Both the position numbers and the translations under genes were made by a program. The notes beneath the pieces were generated by a model, which saw only the letters and a list, made by a program, of their open reading frames with translations, had not been told where the DNA came from and did not search any database. Shown here piece by piece: positions 7,482 through 12,417 of a DNA stretch of 12,417 bases (position 1 is the stretch's first letter; each line of letters begins with the position of its first letter). This DNA comes from a virus (taxonomy: Duplodnaviria > Heunggongvirae > Uroviricota > Caudoviricetes): the IMG/VR virus record IMGVR_UViG_2617270966_000008; one strand, 5' to 3'.

Positions 7482-7695
7482 TGTTCAACCGCCCCGCCCG
7501 CTTCGTCTTACGATATTCGTCATAAACTTTGGGATCATACTGAAGCTCCCCGCCAGATGCCTCCTGTAGACGCATCGCGCGACCTTCGGGAACTAAATCC
7601 CCTTTCCAGCTATAAAGCGAAGCCAAACGAATACCTGCTGCTTGTGCAAGTTTTGTTTTTGAACCGAAATACAAAAGAGCGTCAGTTTTAAGCAT
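7465..7695 (-). CDS. dicC: DicC, Cro-like regulator of the dicB operon, 76 aa
   Basis: MLKTDALLYFGSKTKLAQAAGIRLASLYSWKGDLVPEGRAMRLQEASGGELQYDPKVYDEYRKTKRAGRLNNENHS matches DicC as recalled. Divergent from dicA. Confidence 0.9.
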   Translation of the reverse strand: MLKTDALLYFGSKTKLAQAAGIRLASLYSWKGDLVPEGRAMRLQEASGGELQYDPKVYDEYRKTKRAGRLNNENHS

Positions 7696-7710
7696 TTAAA
7701 ACACCTTAGA

Positions 7711-7776
7711 TGTTAGTCATGGCTAACAAAATAGATGTTAACAAAAACATAGTCAATACGATTTAGCATTAGCTAA
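7711..7776. promoter_or_regulatory. dicA/dicC divergent promoter-operator region with three palindromic operator-like sites
   Basis: TGTTAGTCATGGCTAACA (7711-7728), TGTTAACA (7736-7743) and TTAGCATTAGCTAA (7763-7776) in the 83-bp gap between the dicC and dicA start codons. Confidence 0.6.
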
Positions 7777-7778
7777 CT

Positions 7779-8186
7779 ATGGATACAAAAAATTTAACCA
7801 TCGGCGAACGCATTAGGTATCGTCGGAAAAACCTCAAACACACCCAAAGGTCTCTTGCTAAAGCCCTGAAAATCTCCCATGTGTCTGTATCACAATGGGA
7901 ACGGGATGATAGTGAACCTACAGGGAAGAACCTTTTTGCCCTCAGCAAAGTATTGCAATGCTCACCAACATGGATTCTATTTGGCGATGAAGACAAGCAA
8001 CCAACACCACCTGTTGAGAAGCCGGTTGCCTTAGCCCCCAAAGAACTAGAGCTCCTTGAGCTGTTTAATGCACTGCCAGAATCAGAACAGGATACCCAGC
8101 TCGCCGAAATGCGAGCTCGAGTAAAAAATTTCAATAAACTCTTTGAAGAATTACTAAAAGCCCGTCAGCGGACAAATAAAAGATAA
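7779..8186 (+). CDS. dicA: DicA, P22 c2-like HTH repressor of the dicB operon, 135 aa
   Basis: MDTKNLTIGERIRYRRKNLKHTQRSLAKALKISHVSVSQWERDD... matches DicA as recalled; HTH_XRE-type N-terminus. Confidence 0.95.
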   Translation: MDTKNLTIGERIRYRRKNLKHTQRSLAKALKISHVSVSQWERDDSEPTGKNLFALSKVLQCSPTWILFGDEDKQPTPPVEKPVALAPKELELLELFNALPESEQDTQLAEMRARVKNFNKLFEELLKARQRTNKR

Positions 8187-8208
8187 CATCATCAATGAGT
8201 TATCTTTT
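8178..8208 (+). terminator. weak hairpin terminator overlapping the dicA stop
   Basis: AAAGATAAC-(11-nt loop)-GTTATCTTT followed by TATTATAT. AT-rich stem, so efficiency is uncertain. Confidence 0.35.
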
Positions 8209-8221
8209 ATTATATCAATTA

Positions 8222-8275
8222 TGTTAGCCATAACATACAAAATCACTTGACCAATATGTTAGTTATGACTAATCT
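8222..8275 (+). promoter_or_regulatory. candidate dicB-operon promoter (TTGACC, 17-nt spacer, TAATCT) overlapped by TGTTAG-type operator palindromes
   Basis: TGTTAGCCATAACA (8222-8235) and TTAGTTATGACTAA (8259-8272, inside the spacer) share half-sites with the dicA/dicC operators. -35 at 8247-8252, -10 at 8270-8275. Confidence 0.45.
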
Positions 8276-8352
8276 TGTTTACATCAACACACCGCACGGT
8301 GTTCTCAGCAAACAGTTCCGCCACCCCGGCGTTAAGGGGAAATGAGGTCAGC

Positions 8353-8508
8353 ATGGATACTATCGATCTTGGCAACAGCGAATCTCTGGTATGTGGCGTG
8401 TTCCCCAATCAGGACGGCACGTTCACCGCGATGACGTATACCAAAAGCAAAACGTTTAAAACCGAAAATGGTGCCCGTCGCTGGCTGGAAAGAAACTCAG
8501 GTGAGTGA
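8353..8508 (+). CDS. ydfA: YdfA, small dicB-operon protein, 51 aa
   Basis: MDTIDLGNSESLVCGVFPNQDGTFTAMTYTKSKTFKTENGARRWLERNSGE; ATG at 8353 with GAGG RBS 5 nt upstream. The track's 77-aa ORF is an upstream extension. Confidence 0.8.
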   Translation: MDTIDLGNSESLVCGVFPNQDGTFTAMTYTKSKTFKTENGARRWLERNSGE

Positions 8509-8509
8509 T

Positions 8510-9085
8510 ATGGATTTCGACACAATCATGGAAAAGGCTTACGAAGAATACTTCGAAGGCCTTGCCGAAGGCGAAGAAGCTCTCAGCTTCAGTGAGTTTA
8601 AACAGGCACTCAGAATAAGAATGTGCTCTCACAATGACGCGGAGCACAAATATGAGAAGCAAAATCAGACCGCAGAAAATTTTGTTCTGGAACCCGGAGA
8701 AACGCTTTTCAAAATTCCCGTTACGTGCCCCATTTGCGGTTTTACATCAGAAGAACTTGACGACTCCTGTAACAATCAGGAAACAACCAAGTATGTCGAA
8801 GATGATACCGAGTGCGCACGAAGAACGATTATATCCACGAGTCCAAACTCCAGGACCAATAAATCTCACCTTGAGAGGGTAATTAATCCACTCCCCCAAA
8901 CCAATAAAAAAGATGCCGGAGGACAAAAAACCCAATGGAACAACGGGATATCTGTCAAAAAAAGACGTTCCATTAAAGACAAACAACGCAGCGCCAACAA
9001 CTGTAAGCGCTTTATACCAGTAATCAATTTTCATGTTCTTAAGCGGATTTATTGGTGGTTGCGACATTGCTTAATGAATCCTTAA
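8510..9085 (+). CDS. YdfB/YdfC-region ORF, continuous 191 codons here: acidic N-terminal part with CPICGF zinc-ribbon-like motif and a basic K/N-rich tail
   Basis: ATG at 8510 directly follows the ydfA stop (TGAtATG). Frame stays open to TAA at 9083-9085. From memory K-12 annotates separate ydfB (42 aa) and ydfC (72 aa) here, so the true extent is uncertain. Confidence 0.4.
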   Translation: MDFDTIMEKAYEEYFEGLAEGEEALSFSEFKQALRIRMCSHNDAEHKYEKQNQTAENFVLEPGETLFKIPVTCPICGFTSEELDDSCNNQETTKYVEDDTECARRTIISTSPNSRTNKSHLERVINPLPQTNKKDAGGQKTQWNNGISVKKRRSIKDKQRSANNCKRFIPVINFHVLKRIYWWLRHCLMNP

Positions 9086-9344
9086 AACTGTGGTGATTTT
9101 AAGGATACCACCTCGCCTGACGTGGTTAAAAGCAGGCACACAACACGAAAGCGCACGGCGAAGTTCGTCTCACTGTACGGTGTCGTTAAATTTAATTCGA
9201 CCGTGCGCTTCCGGTTGTGGCAACCCGCGAAATGGCGCGGCGGTAAGTATGGCGGGGGTATTCCTTCCCCGTTGAGGACACCGAGTTGTCAGGTTGACCA
9301 TACGCTTAAGTGACAACCCCGCTGCAACGCCCTCTGTTATCAAT

Positions 9345-9397
9345 TTTCTGGTGACGTTTGGCGGTATCAGTTTTACTCCGTGACTGCTCTGCCGCCG
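9345..9397 (+). ncRNA. dicF: DicF small regulatory RNA (ftsZ-targeting, Hfq-dependent) with its terminator hairpin
   Basis: TTTCTGGTGACGTTTGGCGGTATCAGTTTTACTCCGTGACTGCTCTGCCGCC followed by GTTTTT matches DicF as recalled. GGCGG/CCGCC stem plus U-run. Ends are approximate. Confidence 0.85.
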
Positions 9398-9571
9398 TTT
9401 TTAAAGTGAATTTTGTGATGCGGTGAATGCGGCTAAGCGCACGCGGAACAGTTAAAACCAAATACAGTGTTATGGGTGGATTCTCTGTATCCGGCGTTAA
9501 TTGTTAACTGGTTAACGTCACCTGGAGGCACTAGGCACTGCATCACAAAATTCATTGTTGAGGACGCGATA

Positions 9572-9760
9572 ATGAAAACGTTATTACCAAACGTTAATAC
9601 GTCTGAAGGTTGTTTTGAAATTGGTGTCACTATCAGTAACCCTGTATTTACTGAAGATGCCATTAACAAGAGAAAACAAGAACGGGAGCTATTAAATAAA
9701 ATATGCATTGTTTCAATGCTGGCTCGTTTACGTCTGATGCCAAAAGGATGTGCACAATGA
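9572..9760 (+). CDS. dicB: DicB cell-division inhibitor (MinC-dependent), 62 aa
   Basis: MKTLLPNVNTSEGCFEIGVTISNPVFTEDAINKRKQERELLNKICIVSMLARLRLMPKGCAQ; GAGGA RBS 6 nt upstream of the ATG. Confidence 0.9.
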   Translation: MKTLLPNVNTSEGCFEIGVTISNPVFTEDAINKRKQERELLNKICIVSMLARLRLMPKGCAQ

Positions 9761-9948
9761 ATTCAGCATTTGCGCTTGTTCTGACAGTTTTTCTTGTTTC
9801 CGGAGAGCCAGTTGATATTGCAGTCAGTGTTCACAGGACAATGCAGGAGTGTATGACTGCAGCAACCGAACAGAAAATTCCCGGTAACTGTTACCCGGTC
9901 GATAAAGTTATTCACCAGGATAATATCGAAATCCCGGCAGGTCTTTAA
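9757..9948 (+). CDS. ydfD: YdfD, small membrane/lysis-associated protein, 63 aa
   Basis: MNSAFALVLTVFLVSGEPVDIAVSVHRTMQECMTAATEQKIPGNCYPVDKVIHQDNIEIPAGL; its start overlaps the dicB stop (ATGA). Confidence 0.85.
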   Translation: MNSAFALVLTVFLVSGEPVDIAVSVHRTMQECMTAATEQKIPGNCYPVDKVIHQDNIEIPAGL

Positions 9949-10041
9949 AACAGTTCCGTAATAAATATCCGGTTTCATTCTTATATGCCAGCAATGGCAG
10001 GGATTTGTTCATCCTTAAATCTGTCATGAGGTTAAAACAAA

Positions 10042-12417
10042 ATGAGTAAAGTCTTTATTTGCGCCGCTATTCCTGACGAACTGGCAACAAGGGAAGAAGG
10101 CGCTGTGGCTGTAGCCACAGCCATTGAAGCTGGCGACGAACGCCGTGCTCGAGCAAAATTTCACTGGCAGTTCCTGGAACATTATCCGGCTGCTCAGGAC
10201 TGCGCTTATAAATTTATTGTCTGCGAGGATAAACCTGGCATACCCCGCCCTGCCCTCGATTCATGGGATGCTGAATATATGCAGGAAAACCGCTGGGATG
10301 AGGAGTCTGCTTCTTTTGTCCCGGTTGAGACTGAATCCGATCCGATGAACGTCACTTTTGACAAGCTGGCCCCTGAAGTACAGAACGCTGTCATGGTTAA
10401 GTTCGACACATGTGAAAACATCACCGTTGATATGGTTATTAGCGCACAGGAATTGTTGCAGGAAGGCATGGCAACATTCGACGGACATATCGTTGAAGCG
10501 TTGATGAAAATGCCAGAAGTTAACGCCATGTATCCGGAGCTTAAGTTGCACGCCATTGGGTGGGTTAAGCATAAATGTATTCCTGGTGCTAAATGGCCCG
10601 AAATTCAGGCAGAGATGCGCATCTGGAAAAAACGTCGCGAAGGTGAACGCAAGGAAACCGGAAAATACACGTCTGTTGTTGATCTCGCCCGCGCCAAAGC
10701 CAATCAACAGTACACTGAAAATTCAACAGGAAAAATCAGCCCGGTCATTGCTGCCATTCATCGCGAATACAAGCAGACATGGAAAACACTGGATGACGAA
10801 CTGGCCTACGCTCTCTGGCCTGGTGATGTAGATGCCGGAAACATTGACAGCAGCATCCATCGCTGGGCAAAAAATGAAGTTATCGACAACGACCGCGAAG
10901 ACTGGAAGCGTATCTCGGCATCAATGCGCAAACAGCCTGATGCCCTTCGCTACGACCGCCAGACTATTTTTGGCCTTGTCCGTGAACGTCCGATCGACAT
11001 TCACAAAGACCCTGTGGCACTGAACAAATACATTACTGAATACCTGACTACAAAGGGCGTGTTTGAAGATGAAGGAACAAATCAGAGCGCAACTGATACT
11101 CTCTCGTCGCCAGTACCAGAAACTGATGCAGTGGAAACGGCAATTCCAGACAACGAAAAAACCGAATGCAAAGTGGAAGTCGAACCATCTGTAGAACGTG
11201 AGGGGCCGTTCTACTTCCTCTTCACCGACAAGGATGGCGAAAAATACGGTCGCGCAAACAAACTTTCTGGTCTGGATAAGGCGCTGTCTGCTGGGGCTAC
11301 TGAAATCACGAAAGAAGAATATTTCGCCCGCAAAAACGGTACATACTCAGGTTCACAACAAAATACTGGTGCATCTGACACGACCGCACAACCAGGGTCA
11401 GTAAAAGTTACCGCTGACGAAGTAAACAAAATTATGCAGGCAGCCAATATCAGCCAGCCTGACGCCGATGAACTGCTTGCAGTATCACGTGGTGAATTTG
11501 TTGAAGGGATTAGCGACCCGAATGATCCGAAATGGGTTAAGGGGATCCAGACCCGCGATTCTGTGAACCAGAACCAGCAAGAAACGGAACAGAACGACCA
11601 GAAAGCGGAACAAAACAGCCCAAATACGCAACAAAACGAGCCAGAAACGAAACAACCTGAACCAGTAGTGCAACAGGAACCGGAAAAGATCTGCACCGCC
11701 TGCGGTCATAGCGGTGGCGGCAACTGCCCTGATTGTGGTGCGGTGATGGGTGACGCAACATACCAGGAAATATTCGATGGAGAGAATCAGCCTGAAGTTC
11801 AGGAAAATGATCCGGAGGAAATGGAAGGCACTGCGCATCAGCACAAGGAGAACACTGGCGGCAATCAGCATCACAATAGCGATAATGAAACTGGCGAGAC
11901 GGCAGATCACTCAATTAAGGTGAACGGTCATCACGAAATCACATCCACCAGCAGGACGTGTGACCATCTAATGATCGACCTTGAAACCATGGGAAAAAAT
12001 CCTGATGCCCCGATCATCTCAATAGGTGCAATATTTTTCGATCCGCAAACCGGAGATATGGGACCGGAATTTAGTAAGACTATCGATCTGGAAACTGCTG
12101 GCGGAGTCATTGATCGGGACACCATTAAATGGTGGCTTAAGCAATCACGCGAAGCGCAATCTGCCATTATGACCGATGAAATCCCGTTAGATGATGCACT
12201 GTTACAATTGCGGGAATTTATCGACGAAAACTCCGGTGAATTTTTTGTTCATGTCTGGGGAAATGGAGCCAACTTCGACAACACGATTTTGCGCCGTTCA
12301 TACGAACGGCAGGGGATCCCCTGCCCGTGGCGTTACTACAACGATCGAGATGTACGCACAATCGTTGAGCTGGGGAAAGCCATAGACTTCGATGCCAGAA
12401 CGGCTATTCCATTCGAA
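10042..12417 (+). CDS. large YdfE/RecE-like prophage protein (5' partial, at least 792 codons, continues past window end): YdfE-like N-terminal domain, Q/N/E-rich linker, C4 zinc ribbon, DnaQ-like (DEDD) 3'-5' exonuclease-type domain
   Basis: Hand translation from the ATG at 10042 gives no stop through 12417. Starts MSKVFICAAIPDELATREEG (YdfE-like as recalled). C551-x2-C554-x7-C562-x2-C565; MIDLETMG (D646, E648) and GNGANFD exonuclease-like motifs. Confidence 0.8.
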   Translation, partial: MSKVFICAAIPDELATREEGAVAVATAIEAGDERRARAKFHWQFLEHYPAAQDCAYKFIVCEDKPGIPRPALDSWDAEYMQENRWDEESASFVPVETESDPMNVTFDKLAPEVQNAVMVKFDTCENITVDMVISAQELLQEGMATFDGHIVEALMKMPEVNAMYPELKLHAIGWVKHKCIPGAKWPEIQAEMRIWKKRREGERKETGKYTSVVDLARAKANQQYTENSTGKISPVIAAIHREYKQTWKTLDDELAYALWPGDVDAGNIDSSIHRWAKNEVIDNDREDWKRISASMRKQPDALRYDRQTIFGLVRERPIDIHKDPVALNKYITEYLTTKGVFEDEGTNQSATDTLSSPVPETDAVETAIPDNEKTECKVEVEPSVEREGPFYFLFTDKDGEKYGRANKLSGLDKALSAGATEITKEEYFARKNGTYSGSQQNTGASDTTAQPGSVKVTADEVNKIMQAANISQPDADELLAVSRGEFVEGISDPNDPKWVKGIQTRDSVNQNQQETEQNDQKAEQNSPNTQQNEPETKQPEPVVQQEPEKICTACGHSGGGNCPDCGAVMGDATYQEIFDGENQPEVQENDPEEMEGTAHQHKENTGGNQHHNSDNETGETADHSIKVNGHHEITSTSRTCDHLMIDLETMGKNPDAPIISIGAIFFDPQTGDMGPEFSKTIDLETAGGVIDRDTIKWWLKQSREAQSAIMTDEIPLDDALLQLREFIDENSGEFFVHVWGNGANFDNTILRRSYERQGIPCPWRYYNDRDVRTIVELGKAIDFDARTAIPFE

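Noticed and set aside
6139-7569. Assorted ORFs overlapping the replication genes (6139-6399, 6197-6421, 6757-6948, 6903-7130, 7024-7314, 7354-7569)
   Set aside because: Overlap the O-like and 173-aa genes in other frames or strands; no independent support.
7769-8134. 121-aa minus ORF
   Set aside because: Antisense to dicA, which is confidently identified.
8456-8662. 68-aa minus ORF
   Set aside because: Antisense across the ydfA/ydfB junction; no support.
8634-8882. 82-aa plus ORF in an alternative frame (MTRSTNMRSKIRPQ...)
   Set aside because: Arg/Lys/Pro-rich off-frame-like product overlapping the more protein-like frame from 8510. Not fully excluded, since my memory of the K-12 ydfC sequence is uncertain.
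8747-9067. 106-aa minus ORF resembling a three-TM-helix membrane protein
   Set aside because: Probably the hydrophobic shadow of the K/N-rich plus-strand tail; opposes operon polarity and has a weak RBS. Kept as an open question in the findings.
9100-9340. Possible retron-like or tRNA-like structured RNA in the GC-rich hairpin region
   Set aside because: No reverse transcriptase gene nearby, no cloverleaf or anticodon arrangement recognisable; more simply explained as the DicF precursor leader.
9433-9978. ORFs 9433-9708 (minus), 9467-9760 and 9703-9948 (plus, extended starts), 9763-9978 (minus)
   Set aside because: The plus ORFs are upstream extensions of dicB and ydfD, whose true starts have RBSs at 9572 and 9757; the minus ORFs are antisense shadows.
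10124-12385. Many ORFs on both strands between 10124 and 12385
   Set aside because: All lie within the long uninterrupted plus frame from 10042, which has recognisable domains; alternative-frame artefacts.
1-12417. CRISPR array, tRNA or rRNA genes
   Set aside because: No regularly spaced direct repeats of CRISPR type and no tRNA or rRNA-like sequence seen by eye. The only periodic repeats are the origin iterons and 12-mers at 6481-6665.

Overview
This window reads as the early/immunity region of a cryptic lambdoid prophage of the E. coli Qin (dicB/dicF) type, carrying a defence-like cargo gene. All family assignments come from reading the translations and from recalled sequences; no database search was run. 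Left to right: (1) the left end of an IS1 element (IRL plus the 5' part of insA, minus strand), which cuts a Q-antiterminator-like gene after 31 codons; (2) a minus-strand late-proximal block: DUF968/YdfU-like gene, a 92-aa gene, a Rem-like 83-aa gene and a Hok-family type I toxin gene with a terminator and a long-range fold-back repeat; (3) an AT-rich cargo gene for an 800-aa Rad50/SMC-like ABC ATPase with a CxxC zinc hook and a C-terminal effector domain (RloC/PrrC-like), the best candidate for a defence system here; (4) a replication module: a lambda-O-like initiator gene with about five 23-bp-spaced iterons and tandem 12-mers inside it, flanked by 142-aa and 173-aa genes; (5) the divergent dicC/dicA immunity switch with TGTTAG-type operator palindromes; (6) the dicB operon (ydfA, a long ydfB/ydfC-region ORF, dicF sRNA, dicB, ydfD); (7) a large intact YdfE/RecE-like ORF of at least 792 codons running off the right end, missing from the ORF track because it has no stop in the window. 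No CRISPR array, tRNA or rRNA was seen.
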